Part shown: positions 36,854 through 44,967 of the stretch, one piece after another
How the letters are laid out: every line of letters begins with the position of its first letter
How positions within the stretch are numbered: position 1 is the first letter of the stretch
Assembly: GCA_046076065.1 (NCBI GenBank)
Contig: JBJTRH010000041.1
Location: 1 to 51,509 of the forward strand
Length of the DNA stretch: 51,509 bases
From: Planctomycetaceae bacterium
Lineage (GTDB): Bacteria > Planctomycetota > Planctomycetia > Pirellulales > UBA1268
Direction: 5' to 3'
Program-made: the position numbers and the translations under genes
The notes under the pieces: model-generated
Database searches by the model: none
What the model was told of the DNA's origin: nothing
What the model saw: the letters and a program-made list of their open reading frames with translations, nothing else

Positions 36854-38500
36854 ATGAAGCGTTCCCTGTTTATCACGTTCGGGGCGGTGGCCGTTGCGGC
36901 TGTTGTCGCCCTGCATTCCCACCGCGCTGCGGCCCAGACGGTTTCGACGTTCCTCGGTGGCAGTGGCACCACGGAGCTGGCTCAGACCGGCTGGACCACT
37001 GCCGGCAACTGGAACACCTCAACCGTGCCCACGGGCACGGGCGTCTGGCCGCAAATCAACTCCAGCACGGCCACCGCACTGCGGGTCAACTACGGCAGTT
37101 CCGCGGTCGGTACGACGGGCACTCTCACGGTGGGTGCAATCTCGTTCCTGCCGACGCTCACCGTGGCGACCGGGAGCACGTACGAGTTTCGTAACAGCAG
37201 TTCGAGCCAGAGGGGTACCCTGCGGTTCTACGGCGTCGATACGACGGTGGGCGGCGTGCCGAGAAGGGTGATCCTCGACAACCGGACGGCACTCGGCGAC
37301 ATAGGGGTCAGTCAATCGAGCCAGGGCCAGGACTATGAGCTCTATACGTCCGGTGCGATCAACGTCGCCGCCAGCACGTCGCTCACGCTCTCGCCGTTGA
37401 TCCGCGATGGGAGCGGGTCGCGGTCGATCACCAAGGTCGGGCAGGGCGTGCTGTCGTTCGCCGGTGTCGGGTATGCGGCCACGACGACGAACAACTCCGG
37501 CTCGAGCACCTACTCCGGCGGCTTCGTCATGGACGGCGGGATCGTGCAGTGGGCCCTCAGCGGAACGGCCGGAGTCGGCACGCCCTTCGGCCTCGGAGCC
37601 CTGACGCTCCGCAGCGGAACCCTGCGATCGACGACCACGTCCGGACGCTCGATCAACTCCAGCGTGATCCTCGACGGCTTCGCGACGCTCGGCTCCGTGG
37701 ACAGTGGCTTCACGGGTTCGATCACGATCAACAGTTCGGGCGGTGCGCTCACAACGACGGTCGCCAGTGACAGCATTCTCACGGTCGTGGCTGGCGGATC
37801 GACGGCGTGGAACCAGGGGACGAGCGGAACCGGGAGCCTGACCAAGGCCGGGGCTGGGATCCTGCGATTCACCGGAGCCGGCGGAGCGCTCACCCACACG
37901 GGGAGCACGGTCGTGCAGTCGGGAACGCTCATCATGGCGGCCAACCTCTCGTCGTCGAGCCCCGTCTCGGTGCTGAACGCGGCAACGCTCCTCGGCACCG
38001 GCACGGTCGCCGGAGCGGCGTTGATTCAGGCAGGCGGTGTCTTCTCGCCGGGGGCGGTGAGCGGCACGGCGGGCGTGTTCACGTTTGGAAGCGGCGGGCT
38101 CGGCCTCGCGGGCCAGACGATCCTCGAGCTCTCGGGGACCTCTCGGGGCACGTCGTACGACGGCGTCAACATGGCTGGGGCACTCACCTACGGAGGCTCG
38201 CTCCTGCTCCAGTTCTCGGGCACGCTGCCGGAAGGGACGTACAACCTGTTCAGCGGCTTTGCCTCGCAGGTCGGCAGCTTCGCCTCGATCTCGGCCGCCG
38301 GCGGATACTCGGGCTCGCTGACGGAGGCATCCGGCGTGTGGAGCGGGACGTTTGGCCCCCAGACCCTCACGTTCACCAACGCGACGGGGGATCTCGTGAT
38401 CGTTCCAGAGCCTTCCTTGCTGCTCGCGGCGGGCGGGAGCCTTGCGATCGCCATCGGCGGCGTCGTACGCCGGCTGCGCGGTCCCCGGAGGGCGTCGTAG
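36854..38500 (+). CDS. PEP-CTERM surface protein with autotransporter-associated beta-strand repeats (module A paralogue)
   Basis: 548 aa with a signal peptide (MKRSLFITFGAVAVAAVVALHSHRAAAQ). Long near-identical stretches to 32925..35366, for example GTLRFYGVDTTVGGVPRRVILDN. C-terminal VPEPSLLLAAGGSLAIAIGGVVRRLR. Confidence 0.8.
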   Translation: MKRSLFITFGAVAVAAVVALHSHRAAAQTVSTFLGGSGTTELAQTGWTTAGNWNTSTVPTGTGVWPQINSSTATALRVNYGSSAVGTTGTLTVGAISFLPTLTVATGSTYEFRNSSSSQRGTLRFYGVDTTVGGVPRRVILDNRTALGDIGVSQSSQGQDYELYTSGAINVAASTSLTLSPLIRDGSGSRSITKVGQGVLSFAGVGYAATTTNNSGSSTYSGGFVMDGGIVQWALSGTAGVGTPFGLGALTLRSGTLRSTTTSGRSINSSVILDGFATLGSVDSGFTGSITINSSGGALTTTVASDSILTVVAGGSTAWNQGTSGTGSLTKAGAGILRFTGAGGALTHTGSTVVQSGTLIMAANLSSSSPVSVLNAATLLGTGTVAGAALIQAGGVFSPGAVSGTAGVFTFGSGGLGLAGQTILELSGTSRGTSYDGVNMAGALTYGGSLLLQFSGTLPEGTYNLFSGFASQVGSFASISAAGGYSGSLTEASGVWSGTFGPQTLTFTNATGDLVIVPEPSLLLAAGGSLAIAIGGVVRRLRGPRRAS

Positions 38501-38547
38501 TCGCTGCCCACGGGGTTGTGCATCCTTCATCGTCACGGAGCCGATCG

Positions 38548-39864
38548 ATGTGCCTGAGAAGCCCGATGCCCCGTGAAAAGGTGTTCGGTGCAATCGTGCT
38601 CGGTCTGCTGGTGGCGGTCCAGCCAGCTGCGCTCCGGGCCTGCACGACCGCGGTGATCACCGGCAAGGTGACCGCGGACGGCAGGCCGCTCCTCTGGAAG
38701 AGCCGCGACACGAAGAGCCTGCCGCGAAACGAGGTCGTGGTTTACGACGGCGGGAAGTACCGCGTGCTCGCCGTGGTGAACGCCGGCGATCGTGACGAGG
38801 TGTGGATGGGCGTCAACTCTGCTGGATTCTGCATCGAGAACTCGCTGAGTCGCGACCTGGACGTGCAGGGCGAGAAACGAGGGCCTGGCAATGGCGGCAT
38901 CATGAAGGTCGCGTTGGAGACATGCGCCACTGTGGCCGATTTCCGCGAACTCCTTCAGCGGACCAACGGCACGGGCCGCCGGACCGACGGCAACTTCGGC
39001 GTCATCGACGCCGTCGGCGGTGCTGCGCTCTTCGAGGCTGGTCCTCGGACATTCCGGATGTTCGATGCCAACGATCCGGAGGTCGCGCCGCGGGGTTACA
39101 TCGTGCGATCCAACTTTTCGACGACCGCACAGGGCGTGTCGCCGGCGCCCGACCCCGACAGCGTGGAGGGCACATACTCCGGGGATCGCTACGCGCGGGC
39201 ATGCGATCTGATCGATGGGCATCTGGGGGATGGCCTCGGTGTTGCCTACCTCCTGCGCCACGTCTGTCGGGACATGGCCGACGGCAGCGGGCGGCCATTC
39301 ACGGGAACTGTCAACGGCGCCCCTGGGAGCCTTCCGGGGGAGGTGAGCACTGCCGCCACGATCAGCCGCACGACGACCGTGTCGGCAGGTGTGTTTCACG
39401 GGGTGAAGCCGGGCGAGGATCCACGACTGACGACCATGTGGGTGCAGCTCGGAGACCCGAAGTTCTCGATCGCCGTGCCCTGCTGGGTCTTGTGCGAGTC
39501 GTTGAATGAGGCCGTCGCCGGTGAGAATGGCGGGGCGATTTGCTCAATTGCGACGACGCTTCGGGAGTGGAATCTTACCGAGGACCGCGATGGTGTTCGC
39601 ACCGAGCAGTTGCCCCAGGTCTGGGAGGACGTCTGGCCGGTGGAGGCCCGATTGATCGCCGCGGTCGAGAAGGTGCGGCAGCAGTGGGCCCTTTCCCCGC
39701 CCGGCCCGGACGACTACACGGAGACCCATCGGCATCTTGCCACGCAAGCGCTCGACGCGATGCGAGCCGAGTTGGAGGACATGAAGGAGGCGGCGCTGAG
39801 CCTTCCAGCGCCGCCGCCGCCGGTGTTTTCCCCATCATCCTCGGAGCCGGCGCTGGCGCCATGA
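38548..39864 (+). CDS. exported Ntn-hydrolase-like protein (peptidase C45 / C69 / choloylglycine hydrolase-like)
   Basis: In-frame ATG at 38548 (alternative at 38566) within track ORF 37807..39864. The signal peptide ends AALRA|CTTAVITGKVTADGRPLLWKSRD, exposing an N-terminal Cys, as expected for an Ntn nucleophile (or a lipobox Cys). Also MGVNSAGFCIENS, ALETCATVADFRELL and NFGVIDAVGGAALFE. The family call is by motif only. Confidence 0.6.
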   Translation: MCLRSPMPREKVFGAIVLGLLVAVQPAALRACTTAVITGKVTADGRPLLWKSRDTKSLPRNEVVVYDGGKYRVLAVVNAGDRDEVWMGVNSAGFCIENSLSRDLDVQGEKRGPGNGGIMKVALETCATVADFRELLQRTNGTGRRTDGNFGVIDAVGGAALFEAGPRTFRMFDANDPEVAPRGYIVRSNFSTTAQGVSPAPDPDSVEGTYSGDRYARACDLIDGHLGDGLGVAYLLRHVCRDMADGSGRPFTGTVNGAPGSLPGEVSTAATISRTTTVSAGVFHGVKPGEDPRLTTMWVQLGDPKFSIAVPCWVLCESLNEAVAGENGGAICSIATTLREWNLTEDRDGVRTEQLPQVWEDVWPVEARLIAAVEKVRQQWALSPPGPDDYTETHRHLATQALDAMRAELEDMKEAALSLPAPPPPVFSPSSSEPALAP

Positions 39865-40691
39865 CCACCACCATGCTTCCGCGGACTGTCGTCGTCTGCT
39901 GCGTGCTCGGGCTCGTGCTGGGCGGCGCAGCCGACCAGATCGCCGGTGCGGGCGACGAACGTGCGGTCGTGCGGGTCGCGATCTACGACGATTCGGCGGA
40001 AGCCGGCAAGGGCCCGGTGAACCTGCTGAGGATTCTGACGCCCGATGCCGGCTTTTCTTCGCGGCGGATCTCGTCTGGCGAGATCCGTCAGGGCATGTTG
40101 GCCGACTTTGACGTGCTGATCATGCCGGGCGGATCAGGCAGCAAGCAGGCGGAACGGCTCCAGGCGTCGGGCTGCGAGCAGATCCGCGATTTCGTGCGGG
40201 CGGGTGGAGGCTACGTGGGCATCTGCGCGGGGTCCTACCTGGCGAGTTCCCACTACGACTGGTCGCTGGGCCTGATCAACGCCCGCGTCTGGGATCGGGC
40301 CCACTGGGCGCGGGGTGGGGGAGATGTCTCGATCCGGATGTCCGATGCCGGGTGGCAGCTGCTGGGTCGAGGTGGCAGTGTACCCGTGCGATACAACCAG
40401 GGACCGCTCCTGGTTCCGGACGACGAGTCGGACCTTCCGGGCTACGAGGTACTGGCCACCTTCGAGACGGCGGTGGCCGACAAGGGCGCCCAGCCGGGGT
40501 CAATGGTCGGCACCCATGCCATCATCCGGTCGATGTACGGCCAGGGCCGCGTGATCTGCTACAGCCCCCATCCGGAGGCTGCGGGCGGGCCCAATGGCAT
40601 CATCGCGTCCGGCGTTCGCTGGGCGGGCGAGGGCCGCCCGGGACGAGCCGGCCGGCAGCCTGGAAAGCGGGCGAATCCGAGCCCCAGTTGA
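39861..40691 (+). CDS. exported class I glutamine amidotransferase-like protein (BPL_N-type domain)
   Basis: In-frame ATG at 39861 within track ORF 39540..40691, with an ATGA overlap with the upstream gene. N-terminal hydrophobic segment. Motifs VRVAIYDD, FDVLIMPGGSG and the nucleophile-elbow-like GGGYVGICAGSYLAS. Confidence 0.6.
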   Translation: MTTTMLPRTVVVCCVLGLVLGGAADQIAGAGDERAVVRVAIYDDSAEAGKGPVNLLRILTPDAGFSSRRISSGEIRQGMLADFDVLIMPGGSGSKQAERLQASGCEQIRDFVRAGGGYVGICAGSYLASSHYDWSLGLINARVWDRAHWARGGGDVSIRMSDAGWQLLGRGGSVPVRYNQGPLLVPDDESDLPGYEVLATFETAVADKGAQPGSMVGTHAIIRSMYGQGRVICYSPHPEAAGGPNGIIASGVRWAGEGRPGRAGRQPGKRANPSPS

Positions 40692-40752
40692 CCCCGAGAG
40701 AACCCGGTCGCGGCACCGGCCGTAGAACGGGACACCAGCCCTGAGCCCCTCG

Positions 40753-43119
40753 ATGCTCCCCCCACGATCGACCCGCCGCACGTCGCTCGCCGCCCTCGTC
40801 GTCGTGACGCTGGCCGCGCCTGCTGCAGCGGACGCACTCTCGTCAGGCTGGATCACGCTCGGCGGCGGCACGCAGACGCCCTACTACATCCGGACCACCT
40901 CGGTGCCAGGGCCGACGGTCATGGTCACCGGCGGCGTGCACGGCAACGAACCGGCCGGAGCCGCGGCCGCCAACCAGATCCGCACGTGGTCGATCACCAA
41001 GGGCACTCTGATCGTCGTGCCGTTCTGCGCGCCCCAGGCGCTCGACGCGAACACACGGGAGATCGCGGGTGAGGGCAATCTCAACCGTAACTTCCCCGGA
41101 GTCGGTGCCCCGATCACGGCCACGACGGGATCGACGGCGACGGCCCTGTGGGCCTTCGCCCGCCAGGTCATGCCCGGGTGGCACATCGACATGCACGAAG
41201 GCATCGGCATCGCCGGCGATGAAGCATCGACGTCGGTCGGGTCCAGCATCATTCACATGAATGAGTCGGTGACGAACTCGCAGGTCACGAAGATGCTCAG
41301 TGCCGTCAACGCGGGCATCACCGATCCCACCAAGAAGTTCTCGGACCTGGGCAGCACCGGCCCCATCGACACGAGCTTCGCTCGCGCGAGCGTGGCACAC
41401 CTGGGGGCGCGTGGCATGATCGTCGAGACCACCTCGACCGATCAGGTGCTCTCGCTGCGGGTCAATCAGCACCGGACGGCGGTCAGTCAGTTTCTCATGG
41501 ACCAGGGCATGATCGGCAGCGCGTTCGGCGGTCTGCGGAACGGGGTCGTCGACGAGTTCACGTTCGACGAGCCCGAGGGCTCGAGGCTCACGCAGGCCGG
41601 CAACTCCTATCCCAATGGCAATGCCTGGGACGTCTCGCCGTTCAGCACGCGGACCCAAGATGGCCTGTTGAAGATCCAACGCACACAGAGCGGCACGTCC
41701 ACAACGTCCACCGGCCTGCTCGGGGGGGGTGAGGTGCGGGTCCGGCGTGCCGGCGACACTGGCAACGTCGCCACGGACATCGGCGAGGGGTTTGCGACGA
41801 TGGTGGTCGACGGCTGGGATTTTCGCAGCACCCAGATCGGCGAGACGATCAGTTTCGGGTTCCGAAACGCCGTGTCTCCAACGGCCGAGGACACGGCGCA
41901 CATCGTGCTCAGGCGGACGGGGTTGGACGAGGTGTCGATCCTCGGGCAGGGATTCGGCACCGGCAGCGGCACGATCGGTTCCCAAGCCGTGTTTCGTGCC
42001 GTGCAGGACACGCCGGTGCAGTTCGTGCTCCAGCTCAACAAGCAGACCAACCTCAACGGCACGCCGCTGGTCTCCGGCGCCGCTGCGGGCGGCTACTACC
42101 GCGTCTTCTACCAGCCCCTCGGCCAGGACTTCGTCGAGGTCGGTAGCGGCGCGGCGGTGCGGCAGGATCGGAATGGCAATCATCTGACCATGCGGATTTC
42201 CGGGTCGATCGGCGCGAGCGGCGGTTCGTTCGACGTCGACCGCATGGCGTTCAGTTCGGTGCTTCCCGGACTGCTCGTTCCGCCATCCGCGCCCGGCGTC
42301 GTGAACCTGATGTGCACGACGGGCACGTTGACGCAGGGTCGGGCCGGTTTCCCATTTCTGTCGGGAACGACCAGGCTGGAGAAGACGGGCGCCGGCACGA
42401 TGGTGCTCGACGCCGCCAATGTGCTGACGGGGTCCACCACCGTCCTGGCCGGGAGGCTGCATCTGGCGAATGCGCTGGCCCTCCGCGCGAGTCGGGTCGT
42501 GCCGCTCGCCGGCGGCACCGTCTCGGTATCCGCCGGCCTGCAGACGATCGTCGGCGGGTTGGTCACCGACTCCGGCGGTCTGGTCGACCTGGGCAGCGGC
42601 ATGGTGACCGTTGCCGGTGGCCTCTCCGCCTCGAGCCTCGTCGACGCGATTCGGATGGGCAGGGCAGACGGGAGTTGGAGCGGAGCGCGGGGCATCACCT
42701 CCAACGCGGCGGCTGCGGCAGTCTCCCGGAGCGTCCCCCGCACGGTCGGCTGGCTTGACAACGGCGACGGATCGGTGACCGCCGCCTTCGCGGCAGCGGG
42801 CGACACCAACCTGGACTGGACCGTGGATTTGCTCGATGCCGCCAACTTTCTGGCGGGCGGCACGTTCGACGCGGGTTCGTCGGCGACGTGGAGCGAGGGG
42901 GATTTCAACTATGACGGCATCACGGACATTCTCGACGCCGCCGACCTGTTCTCGACGGGCTTGTACGATGCCGGCCCGTACAACGCGTCGGCCGGAGCCC
43001 CGTACGAGGTGAACGCGGTTCCCGAGCCGGCCAGCAACCTGATGGGCATCGCCTGCGCCGCATGCTGGGGGTGGGCCGCCTGTCGCAGGGTGCGCAGTCA
43101 TCGTCGACTCGTCAGTTGA
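40753..43119 (+). CDS. AstE/AspA-type (M14-like) zinc hydrolase domain fused to an unknown beta-rich middle region and the module-B repeat/dockerin-like/PEP-CTERM C-terminus
   Basis: 788 aa with a signal peptide. Motifs VMVTGGVHGNEPAG, GNLNRNFPG, WHIDMHEG and MIVETTS (zinc-ligand and catalytic-Glu contexts of the succinylglutamate desuccinylase/aspartoacylase family). The C-terminal ~260 aa is closely similar to the C-terminus of 32925..35366 and ends VPEPASNLMGIACAACWGWAACRR. Confidence 0.75.
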   Translation: MLPPRSTRRTSLAALVVVTLAAPAAADALSSGWITLGGGTQTPYYIRTTSVPGPTVMVTGGVHGNEPAGAAAANQIRTWSITKGTLIVVPFCAPQALDANTREIAGEGNLNRNFPGVGAPITATTGSTATALWAFARQVMPGWHIDMHEGIGIAGDEASTSVGSSIIHMNESVTNSQVTKMLSAVNAGITDPTKKFSDLGSTGPIDTSFARASVAHLGARGMIVETTSTDQVLSLRVNQHRTAVSQFLMDQGMIGSAFGGLRNGVVDEFTFDEPEGSRLTQAGNSYPNGNAWDVSPFSTRTQDGLLKIQRTQSGTSTTSTGLLGGGEVRVRRAGDTGNVATDIGEGFATMVVDGWDFRSTQIGETISFGFRNAVSPTAEDTAHIVLRRTGLDEVSILGQGFGTGSGTIGSQAVFRAVQDTPVQFVLQLNKQTNLNGTPLVSGAAAGGYYRVFYQPLGQDFVEVGSGAAVRQDRNGNHLTMRISGSIGASGGSFDVDRMAFSSVLPGLLVPPSAPGVVNLMCTTGTLTQGRAGFPFLSGTTRLEKTGAGTMVLDAANVLTGSTTVLAGRLHLANALALRASRVVPLAGGTVSVSAGLQTIVGGLVTDSGGLVDLGSGMVTVAGGLSASSLVDAIRMGRADGSWSGARGITSNAAAAAVSRSVPRTVGWLDNGDGSVTAAFAAAGDTNLDWTVDLLDAANFLAGGTFDAGSSATWSEGDFNYDGITDILDAADLFSTGLYDAGPYNASAGAPYEVNAVPEPASNLMGIACAACWGWAACRRVRSHRRLVS

Positions 43120-43214
43120 GCGGGGCCGTACGCGGCCGACGCGGCTGGGGTGAGCCAGCGCTGGCCGGTCGTCAGGCCGAGGACGATGATCGCCGCTCCC
43201 TCTAGGACGACAGG

Positions 43215-44345
43215 ATGCCATCGCCGCGACACGCCTACGTGCATGTGCCCTTCTGCCGGCATCGCTGCGGCTACTGCGACTTCACGCTCGTTGCGGGCCG
43301 CGATGATCTCGTCGGTCGCTATCTCGCGGCCGTTGAGCGGGAACTCGGGCGAATCCCCTCGCCGCTCGACCTCGACACCCTCTACCTCGGCGGCGGCACG
43401 CCGTCGCACCTCGGGTCCGCCGGCATCGAGCGGTTGCTCGCCATCCTCCGCACGCGGCTGGTGCCGGGGGCCGGGGCGGAGGTCACGGTGGAGGCGAATC
43501 CTCTCGACGTGACGGTCGAGTTCGTGGCCGCCCTCCGGACGGCTGGCGTCACGCGGGTGAGCCTCGGCGGGCAGTCGCTCGATGCGGCCACGCTTCGCGT
43601 GCTCGACCGCGACCACGCCCCTGATGACGTCCGCCGGGCTGCCGGCATGCTGCTCGATGCCGGCTTCGCCGTGAGCCTCGACGTGATGACCGCGGCACCG
43701 GGGCAGTCGCTCGCGGCCGTCGAGGCCGATCTTGATGCCGCCATCGGGCTCGGGGTGCAGCACGTGTCGGTCTACTGCCTGACGTGGGAGAAGGGCACCG
43801 CGTTCGAGTCGCAGCGAGCGAAGGGCGTGCTCCGGCCGGTCGCGGAGTCGCTCGAGCGGGTGATGTTCGAGACGGCGATCGACCGACTCGAGGCCGCGGG
43901 CTTCGAGCACTACGAAGTGTCGAACTTCGCGCGGCCCGGCGCACGGTGCCGCCACAACGAGGCCTACTGGGACTGCCGGCCGTGGGAGGCCTTCGGGCCG
44001 GGCGCGGCGAGATTCGACGGCCGCACGCGGATCACGAACCATCGCAGCACGACCACGTGGATCGCCAAGGTGCTCGCAGGCGACGACGCCACGGGCGACG
44101 TCGACGCGATGACCGACGAGGAGGCGGCCCGGGAACGGCTCGTGGTGGGCCTCAGGCGGCGCGAGGGCATCGCGCGAACCACGTTTCGCGAGGTGAGCGG
44201 ATTCGACGTCGATGCGTTGGCAGGCCCGTCGCTCGCCCGCTGGCTGGATGCGGGGCTCGCTATCGACGACAGCGACCGCGTCCGCCTGACCCGCGAGGGG
44301 CTCCTGGTGTCCGACGCGCTCTGGGCCGACGTGCTTCGGTCCTGA
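43215..44345 (+). CDS. hemW: radical SAM family heme chaperone HemW (coproporphyrinogen III oxidase-like)
   Basis: 376 aa. Motifs YVHVPFCRHRCGYCDF (CxxxCxxC) and LYLGGGTPS, plus a HemN_C-like tail. Confidence 0.85.
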   Translation: MPSPRHAYVHVPFCRHRCGYCDFTLVAGRDDLVGRYLAAVERELGRIPSPLDLDTLYLGGGTPSHLGSAGIERLLAILRTRLVPGAGAEVTVEANPLDVTVEFVAALRTAGVTRVSLGGQSLDAATLRVLDRDHAPDDVRRAAGMLLDAGFAVSLDVMTAAPGQSLAAVEADLDAAIGLGVQHVSVYCLTWEKGTAFESQRAKGVLRPVAESLERVMFETAIDRLEAAGFEHYEVSNFARPGARCRHNEAYWDCRPWEAFGPGAARFDGRTRITNHRSTTTWIAKVLAGDDATGDVDAMTDEEAARERLVVGLRRREGIARTTFREVSGFDVDALAGPSLARWLDAGLAIDDSDRVRLTREGLLVSDALWADVLRS

Positions 44346-44358
44346 CGCCCGCGGCCAT

Positions 44359-44760
44359 CTACTGCACCCGCGACCACTCGATCGTCTTCGACATGATGCC
44401 GGAGCCGGCCACCATCTCGAAGCCGGCCTGCGTCATCCGGATCGTCATCGGCACGAACTGCCCGCGCTTGATCGCGAACACTTCCCCCTTCCACGTGTTC
44501 GTGGTCGAGTCGAACGTGATTCCGCGAAGCATCTCCTTGTTGACGAGTTCCTGGTTGTCAGCCTTGACGATGCCGCCGAGGTACTGGCCCTGGGCCGGGA
44601 AGATCCGCACCGTGACGTTCATGTCGGCCGGCCGCCAGTCGCCCACGATCGCGTCGGCGGGATTCTGGGGCTGCTGTGCACGGATGCGGGGAGCGGCCGC
44701 GGCAACGGCGAGCAGGCAGGCCGCGAGCGCGAAGGAGCGACGGGCGAAGGACGGCATCAT
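44359..44760 (-). CDS. DUF2147-like secreted small protein
   Basis: In-frame ATG at 44760 within track ORF 44359..45228. Signal peptide MMPSFARRSFALAACLLAVAAAAP, then IVGDWRPAD...GQYLGGIV...NTWKGEVF. Confidence 0.65.
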   Translation of the reverse strand: MMPSFARRSFALAACLLAVAAAAPRIRAQQPQNPADAIVGDWRPADMNVTVRIFPAQGQYLGGIVKADNQELVNKEMLRGITFDSTTNTWKGEVFAIKRGQFVPMTIRMTQAGFEMVAGSGIMSKTIEWSRVQ

Positions 44761-44967
44761 GAAGGAAGGCTCCCGTGAAACGGATCGGATGGGCGGGGCG
44801 GGAGGGTAGCAGGGGCGTCGGGTGTCCGGCGATGCCAGTTCGCCGGACCGCCGAAGCGAGCGCCGGCCGCTTCGGGGCCGTTGACTCCCCGCTGGAGGGA
44901 GTCCACTATCTTCTGGGAAAGGGATGACGCATCGGACGTCGGCCTCGGCCGAGGAGAACTCACTGCC

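Noticed and set aside
43153-43164. 12-nt palindrome gccagcgctggc upstream of hemW, and palindrome agccgtacggct at 7544-7555 between convergent genes
   Set aside because: Short GC-rich palindromes are expected by chance in DNA of this composition. There are no flanking stems or U-tracts to support a terminator or operator call.
40843-43221. 792-aa minus-strand ORF opposite the M14/PEP-CTERM gene, with similar antisense ORFs at 37019..38593, 35260..36216, 28547..30103, 24384..26075, 43098..44042, 45873..47105, 47177..48709 and 49915..50910
   Set aside because: All are antisense shadows of genes with strong motif support. Their translations are Arg/Gly/Pro/Asp-rich without recognisable families.
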